From: Klebsormidium nitens
Lineage: Eukaryota > Plantae > Klebsormidiophyceae
NCBI GenBank assembly: GCA_000708835.1
Contig: DF237465.1
Span: forward strand, 1 to 64,000
Direction: 5' to 3'
DNA: 64,000 bases
Positions 45,651 to 56,500 of this stretch are shown in pieces. Below the pieces are notes generated by a model, which was given only the letters and a program-made list of their open reading frames with translations, ran no database searches and had not been told where the DNA came from. Position 1 is the stretch's first letter. Each line of letters opens with the position of its first letter. The position numbers and the translations under genes are program-made.

Positions 45651-46922
45651 ATGGCCAGGGAAACGTCAATCGATGATTTGCCGGAAGGTATACTGACAAC
45701 CATATTTGAATTCAAGCTGCGCACCATGGAGGAGATGATGACCCTCAGTTGCGTCTGCAAAAAGTGGAGGAGTGCGGCATTGCAGACAAGATACTTGTCT
45801 GTAGAGTCCAAGTATCTAGAAGAGCCAGAAAGTCCTTTTACAAAAGTACTGCTCCTTGATTTACTAGCCAAGTATACAATGCTGGAAGACGTCGAATTTG
45901 ATGTGACCGAATTGGATGCCCCTTTCCTTTGGGCATTCCTGAGGGGGAGGGACAGACTGACAAGGTTCACTTTTGAAGGAGGGCACCTCGATTTCGACAG
46001 CTCCGCTGCCCTTTTCTCAATGCTCATGCTTCTGCCAAAGTTGAGACAACTCAAAATCAAAGGACTGTCCTTAAATGCGGGCGTGCTAGAGCAGAGACGA
46101 AACAGGTCTTTCGAGTCTCTTCAACAGATCCATATGAGTACTTTCTTCATCTCCCAAGCTGATCTGGACTCCTTGATGTCTCAGTGCCCCAGTCTGCTTA
46201 AATTGACTCTCATACAGGCCACTCTGGAAGTGGATGTCATAGAGGACCTCTACATCCGATCGCTTTTGCTAGAAGAACTAGAGTTCCGTCTAGCTCGCGG
46301 TACGGTCGAGCTGTACATCGACACCCCATCCTTGAAGTCTGCCGCATTGGGTTTGAACAACTATGGGAGTGCAGTATTTCTGGCGCACCGGTTGATGTCC
46401 CTTGATCTACACGCCTGCAAGCTAATAACAACAGCAGGGTCCTTTTCAGGGGTGAAGAACCTAACATGGGGCACCGCATGGGGGCCTAAAGGTGTTGTCA
46501 GTATAAGCTGGGACAGCCTTGTTGGTCTGCTTAATCAGATGATTGGGCTAGAGTTTTTGTCTCTCTCTTGCAACAACGTCAGCATGGGAGCAACAGGTGC
46601 TCGTGCTGGCATTAGCCAGTTTTTTGAGGGTTTGGGAAACCTTACAGAACTTCATGTTGAAGGAGCCTGGTTTTTCCGCACGCTGGTAAAATCAACCCCA
46701 CGGAAGGAGCAGCCACTTAAGCTTGACACTCTGGACATTGAGCTGCCCAAGCCTCTCCCCCATCGTTGCATCAGCCATGTCAATTGGCTGCTATGTAGCA
46801 GCCCAAACCTTGAGTATCTGACCATCTTCACTGAGGCCAAAAGCCAAGCCCTGACCAGGCTTGTCTCCGCTTATCGGAAGGATCACCCAGATGTCCAAGT
46901 TGACTTTGAGCTAGAAGATTAG
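45651..46922 (+). CDS. Intronless F-box protein with LRR-like repeats, 423 aa
   Basis: N-terminal F-box IDDLPEGILTTIFEFKL...LSCVCKKWR. Later segments have LxxLxL spacing (LRQLKIKGL, LLKLTLIQA, LEFLSLSCN, LEYLTIF). Confidence 0.88.
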   Translation: MARETSIDDLPEGILTTIFEFKLRTMEEMMTLSCVCKKWRSAALQTRYLSVESKYLEEPESPFTKVLLLDLLAKYTMLEDVEFDVTELDAPFLWAFLRGRDRLTRFTFEGGHLDFDSSAALFSMLMLLPKLRQLKIKGLSLNAGVLEQRRNRSFESLQQIHMSTFFISQADLDSLMSQCPSLLKLTLIQATLEVDVIEDLYIRSLLLEELEFRLARGTVELYIDTPSLKSAALGLNNYGSAVFLAHRLMSLDLHACKLITTAGSFSGVKNLTWGTAWGPKGVVSISWDSLVGLLNQMIGLEFLSLSCNNVSMGATGARAGISQFFEGLGNLTELHVEGAWFFRTLVKSTPRKEQPLKLDTLDIELPKPLPHRCISHVNWLLCSSPNLEYLTIFTEAKSQALTRLVSAYRKDHPDVQVDFELED

Positions 46923-47857
46923 AAGTGCTTAACTTGTAAAACGTGTGAAGTCAGAATAAGTTGTAAATACAAGGTTAGGATTGCTTAGTTGCAAGAAGCT
47001 TCTTTTTCGTCTAGTCTACACGTTGGCATGCGAAATACCGTACTTCGCTGTTGCAAGCTGAGGAGCAGTCTCGTTCCTTCAATAACAAATGGAGACACAG
47101 ACCTTGGTTCAAGTTTTAAAGTCTGGTGTACTTTAGCGGGACAAAGGTGGCAAAATTGTAGGAAGATACTATATTTACAAAAGGCGCTTGACATATTCAA
47201 CGCAGCAGCTATGTTATATTAGTTGCTGCTGGATGTTGCATATGCATTGTCCTACGAGACACTGACCTGCCATACATAAAATGGCTATATACATTGGCCC
47301 GAGCTTGACAGGGGAAAGCCTTGGCCCGGGCTTGGCAGAGGGAAGCCTTGAACCGAATCGAGGTATCGCAAGTTGTGCATGCAAACCGGGTGCGATAGAG
47401 GACAGTCGTATCATTTTTGACCATATGCACGTATATTGTATTGTTGTCCAAGCACTCAGCAAATAACGCATGATTTGGCTTAAGAACTGATTTTTGCGTG
47501 TACGTCAACTAGCTAATCGAACAGAGGCGGCCGACCGAAGGGAAGAAACCATATATATGAACGTATGTATAATCTGCAGGCCAATGAGTGTATATGCGGT
47601 AGGGAACTTCGAGTCTGCTCCTTTCAGCTATACAAGTTTGCAGCTATCACATTCGATCGAGCTAGGCAAGCTGTAAGTAAGAAACTTAAATAGATACATT
47701 CATCACTTAGGGTCAACCATGGCTCCACGTACTGTATTAGAAACTCTGATTATGATCACCCGCAGCAAAACGCAACACTGACGAAAGCGATAGAGCCAAC
47801 TGCCGAGAAGCGGAATAATAATCATGTGCTAGTCCGCCTTTCAATGTGCTTTGTGTT

Positions 47858-50800
47858 TTACTTTAGCTGTTCCAACTCGTCCAGCAGGATCGTAAGCACC
47901 TCTTCTTTAAGCGGTATGTACAGGCAGTCCTGACCGTCGTGCCCTCTTCGCGTTTTGACCAGCTGGTGGTCTCGGAACTCGACAAGGTGCGTGCGCAACG
48001 TTGTCTCGCTGCTCACGATGAACTTCTCTCGGCAGAGTGTGTATAGACGATGGAAAGGGAGACCTGCGAAAGGGGGATTGTCAGTCTCCTTTTAGAACGG
48101 CTGACTTGTGCTGGCTGCCGTGATGGAAGCTTTTGAGGGAACTTGCAAACGGAGAAACCAATGGCCACGTCAGCGAAGACCACAGAATGGACCACAGAAA
48201 GGATCGGCAAGCTCTACAAGGAAGTCAAGGTTGCGCATGGCAGAACCGGGTGGTGACGTCAGCTATGGTGGGCGTCAAATAGCGGTTGACTGCTGTTCGA
48301 TAAATCGATCTTTAGATAAATGAGCCGGTATTAGATTGCCTAGCACCAACTCCCAATGGAAGTTCGATTCGAAGCTTAGTCCGAAGAGGATAAAGACGAT
48401 CGCTATGGCGCTGTGGTGTTTTCAATTCAGCTCTTTATGAAAGCTTCATGGGTTGGTCGGGATGCATGCCAAACGGCTACGACCGGTTGATCAGCAGGCC
48501 ATCAATAGATAACACCACTGGATATGAGTTCGGTCTGCGGCAACTCGAATCGTTCACGCAGACTGTCATTCAAGCGGACCTTATCAGCAAGTGCCGCCGC
48601 CGTTAGAACTGCAAAAGATGGACTAGGCAAGATCATCCTTCATTCGGGAACATAGTGAAAACAAACGAGCGTTCTAGCGGCCCCAAGCTGAGCTTACAAA
48701 ACGAGCGACGTCAGTACGAGTGTATTCACACCGACCTTGGTCGTGGTCGGGCGCCAGCTGCTGCCCGGCCAGCACTTTGAACACGCCCCGGGCGTTGGGC
48801 GTCAGACTTTTCAGCACTACGGCCGCGCCCCGAGCGCCTTTCTCGGCCCCCCGGGGAACTAGAAGTGGGGGAATGTGGGCGGTTTCCGCTGTGTACGGGG
48901 CGAAGGTCGGGGCGTGCTGCCACCACCAGCGGAAGAGTGTGCGCTCCGCGCGGTGGTCCCAGACTGCAAAAGGGAGGGTTAAGGAGGTTAAAGGGGTTAA
49001 CTGAGCGATAAAACGACGGCTTGTTGCGAGAGCCTCAAGGGAAGTCGGGGCGTGCTGCCACGAGCGGCGGAAGCGAGTGCGCTCCGCGTGGTGGTCCCAA
49101 ACTGGAAGAGGAGTGGGTTAGGAGAGGGTAAGAAGGGGCTAACCTGGGTGGTTTGACAAAACAATCGACTCCTGACCTGCTTGAATGAGCTTCGTACTTG
49201 GTTGCGCACCGAAAGAAGAGAGTGCCTTGACTGTGGGTTTACTCCACATGGACCGGGGATTCAGCACAAGGTAAATAAGCTTTTCCAATAAGTTGTGTTC
49301 TCATGGATGGATTCTCCGGATAGGATCAGGTCGATTGCCACCACAGAGCCACCCCAGATCTGGAAAAGGCGCAAACATGGTCCTCTCCCGCTTCGAAAGT
49401 CCAGTGTCGGGTAGGGACAGATTAGCACATACCGTGTTCGAGCTTCGAAGGGGACAGTTAGCTGGGGTTAAATGGCAGGTAAAACTTTCTCTGTTCTGCT
49501 CAATGCGGTCGGGATTTCGACCATGGACACCCCCAAGCAGAGGGCAGAGGGCCAAACTAAACGAGCGCTCGGCAACAAAGCAGTTATACCAAAAACCGCT
49601 TTTGGAAGGACCAACCAAGCTTACGCAGAGTGGCGTTAACGTTATCCACCGACGCGATTAGCCGCACCCCTCGACAGCGCGCCATCTCGCCGAGCAGCGC
49701 CTGCGCCTCCGGCTTCCGCAGATCTGGGCCGTCGATGTTGTGGACGATCAGGTAGAGATGCGATCTGAGCCGTCGATGGTCGAGGAAAGCGAGCAGGTCG
49801 TCTTCTTTGGCGGTGGAAGAGGGGTCGGGGGGGCGCTCCGAGGAGGGGGCGGGGCGTTTGCACTCGTGCTCCCAAAGAGTGCGGGTTACGAGGGCGAGGA
49901 CCTGGTTGACCAACTTGGTTAGGAGATCGCCGCAATTTCGCAAGAATTGAGAAACGGTGCAAAGTCGTGAGTAGTTCGCTTCTTTAGACAGAAAACAGGC
50001 TGGCAGAGCTCGACGGTGAGAAGGTCCAAGAACGGAAGCCATTGGTACCAGAGGTTTGGCTTTACCAATAAGGACTTGATCAACAACCGAGTAAGGACTC
50101 GACCAAGATGAACACTCAAGGACCCATTTCTGGTTTTCTGGAGACTTCGTTTTACGAGAGGCCACTCCCGCTTTTCGAAACACTTTCAGAGGTTGCTAAA
50201 ATTGGGGCTCGTTGAGACGGTTGAGGAACTTGGGTCGTGTGTTCAAAATCCGAATGGGAGGCTCCATTCTGGCCGGTTAAGTGAGCCCTTTCGCGAACAT
50301 TCTGACTCGTAGCCCTTGGTGCCACATCCTACTCAATTTTCGGTCAGTAGGGGCGACTACACGTCAGCAAGTGATCCTGATGACGGCAAACTTCACGGAC
50401 CCTGAAGGCAGTCCGGCTTCGACCTCCATGCAGCGCAGCAGTGCCCATCGTTAACCCCCCAAAAACGTCACCCATTTCCAGTTTACTTTTCGTGTGGCTT
50501 GATATGCTGCTGCCGAAAGTGCTGGAGCGTGCTATTCGACAAATCCTTACCTGTTTCAAATTTACAGCCGGAAGGAAGCCGTTGACCACGACCGCAGGCC
50601 CGTCGGTACAAGAAGCAGAGGCGAACCTTTCAAGCAACGCCCGCTTCGAGCCGAACCCGTAGAAAAGAAGGCTGAAACCACCGCTGCAAAGCAGCAACAA
50701 AAGCAATCTTGTTGACTCACCGTTCAAGGAGTTTATCCAGTGACATAGAGCGTCGATGTTCATGACAAACTAGTCAACCTCTAAACCAGTAGCGTTTGAA

Positions 50801-52790
50801 GTGTCTAGTCCTTGGCTTATAGTACAAAAGGAGGTTAGCAAGGACGCGGCTATGGATGCTGATCGCTGTTCTCGTCGACTGCATGCCCGTGCAGGCTCGG
50901 AGCTCCGCACGTGTCTTCTTGCCCGATAGATTCGGAATCTCGGATCTGTTTTCTGAGCGCTTTCCTTGTTGCAAACGTGGCGCCTACATTTCAAGGGAGA
51001 TACAGGAACCAATTTCTGCTTTACTCCCTTTCGACACCTTACTAATCAGACATTGGGGGTCGATCACACACTGGACAGAACTCCTGAGTTGCCCAAAGGG
51101 TATACGGCAATCGCCAATACAGAAGACAGAACCACCCCCTGAATATGAAAAGCGTATCAGTGTTTGCACAAAGAATCTCATAAATAGATTGTCTGAGTAC
51201 TAGTATTGTTCCTCGGCTAAGGAGAAACGTAAACTTTTTGGCGCTGCGCTTCGATTGACAACCCGTTTCGTCAAGCCCATTACAGAAAGTGACCCAACAA
51301 ACGATTACTTGACACTGAAATCCCATATTGCTGATTGAATAGGGAGTATTCACCTCAGTCGGAAGTGCCAGTCGTCAAAGTGCTGTGTATACGACTCCAG
51401 CAGTGCCGCCTGCTCCTCAGGATGCGACGGAGGCAGAGTCGCTTTGGCATCGCGCATCGCCTGCAACAAAGAAGGAACGAGGGGACTTTTCAAAGCCGAC
51501 TCCGAAAACTGCGTTTTGTCCTTCTCAAAGTTCCAAAACATCATCGAAATCAGACAGAAGCACGCTTCGAGGAAGGTCGCTGGACACACAGTCACAAGAC
51601 AGCTCGAATTTTGTCCAATGTTTCAGGTACTTTTCCATCATCGTCACCTTTAGAAGCCTAGGTCCCTTCTCTTTGCTCCCGCGTAAACCTCAGTACTTCT
51701 TGGCTTTGAAAGATGCTCATAGAACAGACAGATTTCCCAAGGTGAGGACTTCATCGCCCTATTGCCTGTTTGGTGAATTGAGGCAATGGACAAGAACACG
51801 GAATGGGCCCCCAAGTGACTCAGCAACCTTGGAAACAAATGCACAAGAAAAGGATGGAAAGTGCTTCGGCCCCCCATTGCACCTGCTCGCTAACTAGGTC
51901 GAGATCCTGCATCTTCCGGGCAGCTTTGCGGCCCCGCTTGGCCCCCTTGGGATTGGACGGCGGTTGGCTTGGGTCCTCATCTGATTCCTCACCGTCCCCC
52001 TGACTGCAAAAGACAAAGTAAAAGTCAACAATATTTGTCAGAGGTGAAACATCAACGTCCCTCATTCTGGCAGTAGCGTACTGCAGCCTTGTGCTGGCAA
52101 TTATGAAATTCCATTTCTCAAGTAATCGACGCCAGCGAAACAAAAACGACCGACCACTAGCTTTTATGTAGCTTGCGGCATTCAAGAAAGAAGGATGAGC
52201 TTGATTTGAAGCTTCTATTCAGACAATTGAGGCTTGTAAGCTGGCTTCAGGTTTCCCGATAAAAGTTTCTGGTGACATCAGCTCGTCTTCTGTTTGCTTT
52301 AGCTCGTGTTGCCCCAGCCACCAGCTAGAAGTAAAACCTTTTATGAAACTTAAGTCGACTTGTTTGCAGATCTCTGGTGCTTCAATGCTGCTGGTTAGTG
52401 TTGATGCACGTATTAGTGGTCACTGTGGTGCTTATTTCATCAGAAAGTGGGATTGTTGTCCTGTGCAAAGACAACAACTCTCAAAACAGTAAGTCACAGC
52501 ATTTGACTGTGCTACATCCTGGGATCCTTGACTTGAGCTCTGTGTGCCAACCCAGCTTGCTGCAAGCATAAAAGCGTTCTTTCTTGCAGCTTCCATTTAT
52601 TGTAGCACTCAACTATCTGCTGCAGAAAAAAGCAACCTCAGGTTCTCAACTAGTTCCACGTTTCTCACCCGAGGAGCGCTGCGATACTGGCGCCGTTCGC
52701 CTCAGTCTCCTTCTGCTTGCCCTTCTCTGCCCTTGAAGGCCCTGGAACAGCTTCTACATCCTCCCCTGCGCCAGCTGTGCTGTCCTCCAT
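47858..52790 (-). CDS. ORC2: Origin recognition complex subunit 2; exons approx. 52790-52669, 52003-~51890, ~51520-51354, 50683-50551, 49901-49625, 48963-48736, 48063-47858
   Basis: Motifs [66 protein letters not shown] and [27 protein letters not shown]. The boundaries of exons 2-3 are approximate. Confidence 0.92.
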
Positions 52791-53005
52791 AGATGCCACC
52801 AACTTACTGCACGGCGTGCTGTAGATCCAATGCAACTTCGAGATTCCTGACACCCTCACAAAAACAAAGCACAGGTCTTTGACGTCCGTCCCCTTGATTC
52901 GCATAAAAGCCTCCTCATTGAACTTGAAGTTGAAGCCTATTAGGCAGTAGGTGGCAGTAGGTAGGCAAAAAGGAAATTCCGGAAGCTTGCCACTCTCTGC
53001 CAGTG

Positions 53006-53077
53006 TATCAGAGGAAGGTTTCGATCCTTCGACCTGTGGGTTATGGGCCCACCACGCTTCCGCTGCGCCACTCTGAT
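53006..53077 (-). tRNA. tRNA-iMet: Initiator tRNA-Met (CAT)
   Basis: ATCAGAGTGGCGCAGCGGAAGCGTGGTGGGCCCATAACCCACAGGTCGAAGGATCGAAACCTTCCTCTGATA is 72 nt. It has an A1:U72 pair, CAT anticodon and AUCGAAA T-loop. A T5 run lies ~40 nt downstream. Confidence 0.97.
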
Positions 53078-53525
53078 GGAGCGGGCAAACAGGGTGCGCA
53101 AATGAATACATAAAGCATATTGCGCAGTTCTTCGGGCCTCCGCAAGAGCTTGTTTCTAGTTGCTATGGTTCGCTAGTTTTGGCCCTGCCTTTCAATAGAA
53201 CACGGCGTTCGTACCTCATGCTTCTTAGTGAGCGCGGGCGCGCGCGTATTCAAAGCTGAGCTGGACAGGCCCAGGGCCACGGGACAGATGCTACACTGCC
53301 TACAGCCTCAGGCAAGAGAAAGACGCCGCATCCATGCATGGGCGTTGGAGGGCGGCCACTTGCGTCCTCGAGGAAATCTGTGCAACTTCCCGCTAACCTG
53401 GCGTCCGGGAGGTGTTGAGATGCACATCCTGCCAATATTGCTGAGGTGCACCCAAAATGAAGCGAGATTGGCAATGAGAGCAATCTGCCGTTGAAGTGAC
53501 ACATTGTTCAGCTTGTGGCAAGAGG

Positions 53526-56500
53526 ATGGTGCACTCTGCTTTCAAGGCAGTCTGCCTCGTGCCCGAGAGCCGAGTGAAAGTGGAGAGCGTGGCGCTCTGG
53601 GGAGACCGCTTGCTGGTTAGTATCCGTATTCTCAGCGGCTCCCGCCTTTTGCAAATCCCTTTGATTTGAGCCTGCCAGAACGCAGCTGAGAAATCTGGCC
53701 TGATGTATACTGTGCTGGCGCACAACTTCCTCTGAAGATTTGTGCTCTTTATAACTTGTGAAGGGCCTGTCTTGTTGATTGGCACGATAGGGAAGCTTCG
53801 GATGTCTTGTGCTGCTGAGTGCATATTCCACAGAATAGAAGGATCGGTTAAGTGCGTCTGGCTAGCTAACACCCAATTAATTTATTCATATCCTGCTCAA
53901 TCATGGCACTCTGATCAATGAATGAAAGGAAGTGACCTACGCTTCAACAATGTTTAATTTGTGTCGGTTTTCCTCCAGGTTGGCTGCCTTGATGGATCAC
54001 TGCAAGTGCATGGTCCCCCCCAAGGAGCGGAGTCCCCAGATGGAGCGCCCTACGCTCTTGTTGAGAAAAGGGTCGGCTTTGGCAAGAAGTCCATCGTGCA
54101 ATTGGACGTGCTTCAAGTGAGGCTACTTTCCTTATTGCTTTGAATCAGGTGCCTCACTATAGTTTTGGAATTAATTTCTCCTGTCAGGATCCACTTGCAG
54201 AAAGAAAGACATCAGCAATCCTGTTTCGGAGATTGAGGTCTGTTCCGCACTGCTGAAGCATGAGCCAGCATCTGCTGTCTAGTTTCAATTCTTCACAATG
54301 GACCTTCCACCCGAATGTGTCCTTTCGTTTGATCAGAACATCTTTCTCCCGCCCCCAGACCAGGGCAGGGACACATATACGACTTGCACTGGTGCTGATA
54401 AATTCTCAATTGAGCTGGCAGATGTTTTTCTCGTTTGTCCACAATCTACCCAATAAACCAATGGTTTGTCCACAATGGTCCCAACCAACCAACGGATATA
54501 ACGAGAAAACGGCCTGAAAAAATCCAACGCCGTTTTCCAACACACAATCTCCACTACCCCCTCTCCAGTCAAGAGCGCTTCTCGTGTCCCTCTCCGACGG
54601 CATCAGCCTGCACACCCTCCCCGAACTCGACCTCGTAACGCACCTCTACAAAACAAGGGGGGCCACTTCCTACGCCCTCCAGCCCCCCGCCGGCCTCCTC
54701 GCCGTTGCGCTCCGCCGGAAGCTCCTCGTCTACTCCTTCGACGCCGCGAACAAGGATGACGTCAGCATCTCGGAGAAGGCTGACGTCAGCATCCCGGACG
54801 CGGTGCGCACGATGGCCTGGGCGGGAGAGGGGGCGGTGTGCGTCGGGATCGGGCGGCAGTATTCGTTGGTGAACGTGCAGACGAGAGCGATGACGGACGT
54901 TTTTCCGACCGGTCGGATCGGGCCGCCGGTCGCGGCGGTGCTGCCGGAGGGCGAGCTGCTTCTGAGCAAGGTGCAGTTTATGCGCGGTCTCGTCTTTGCT
55001 TTCCCCTCTTTTCTTCTCGGCCCCGTTTTCCGTCCCGTTGGTAACTTATCATGGGCAATCATAGGGCGATCTCCGGCAAGTTCCTCGTATTCACCGTGTT
55101 AGGGCAAGAAGAAAACAGTGTTCTTGTAAGTGCACTTCAGATTTCGGACAGGTAGTGTCATGGCAACCCTCATTCACGAACACGTTTCTTACTGTATAGC
55201 AGGCTGATTCGAGTCGAGAGTCCCAAAGAAATTGTTCGAAAACGAATGACAAGAAGCACTGGAAGTGATGGCTTTGAAGTTGCAGTGTTTCATCCAAAGT
55301 CCTATCTTTTCCTGAATTTGGCGTAAAGCCGGTGTCGGGCCTTTGTTTGCCAGCGTCAGATCATGTTGTAGAGAGATTTCATCCATCAGAGCTGTTCCGT
55401 CTGACGAGATTTCGTTCTCGATGCTCGTGGCATCTTATTGAACCGCAGGCTTTTGCCCCCCTTCGATTGCAAGATACTTCAAAGTGCAAGTTCGTCCTTC
55501 GTCGAAGAGTTTCTTCGATCTTAGTCTGCGTCAAGAATCCTGTTCTGCTTACATGCATTTGCAGGATAATTAACGGCGTCTTCGTGGATGCTGCCAGAGC
55601 TCCTCCCTTCATCTTACTTCCTTCCTTGTTCTTACACTTCGTTTCTTGGATGAGAGTCCCTTTTTTGTCTCTCTTGTAGAACAAGATTGCCGTGCTTGTG
55701 GTTGCTGCCAAAGCGCCCTCCTTCCGCCTACTTCCCTTTCTTGTCCTTGCTTCTTGTTCCTGATTCAAACGTCTCTTTGATGACCCTTTTGCGGGACAAC
55801 ATCGGCGTGTTTGTGCACTGCTACTGAAGCTCCGTTACTGCTACTCCTATCATTTGCTTCAGATGGTTTCAGCAGTTTTATCAGCTTAACCCGAGTTAAC
55901 GCTCGCAAGGAGCCCGGTGTGTCGGAAAGCTTTCTCAGTCTTTGGCTTTCTGTTCTCGCAGGACAACATCGGCGTATTTGTGGATGCTGCCGGCAAGCCC
56001 ACCCGGACCGGCGGCCTCAGCTGGTCGGAGCCGCCGGCCTCTGTTATCGCCTCACCTCCGTACATCATTGCTTTGCTGACGCGCTTTGTCGAGGTAAAAG
56101 GCTTTTGTCTCTTCTATTTTGGGAAGTCGTTCCGAGTCTCAAGCACAAACTACCTGCCAACGACGAAGTGTAATTTTGTCCATAGTGCTCGCACAGCCGG
56201 CGGGAGAATCGATGTCGAAAAGCTGGAACGTAGGACAAATTGAAATGGTTTCTGGACAGCGGTCCGTCGGCTCTTCCTCGTCACGAATTCTTCCCGGCTT
56301 ACAAGCCCTTTCTTATGCAACACGTTGACTTGAAACTCTGTTCTGTGCACTGCGGGCTACCTAAAACCAAAGTCTAAAATGCACAAGTGGAAGAAAAAAT
56401 CGGTTTCGTCCTGGGTGATGGTCTCGGTGACAGTATGCGTCGTCGGGTGGTCCCTTTACTTTGTTACCGATCAAGTCGTTGTACTCGCTCTTTTCGCGCA

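Noticed and set aside
50020-50190. Possible old echo of ORC2 exon 5 (VVDQVLI versus LVNQVLA)
   Set aside because: The similarity is limited to about 15 nt and cannot be distinguished from chance by eye.
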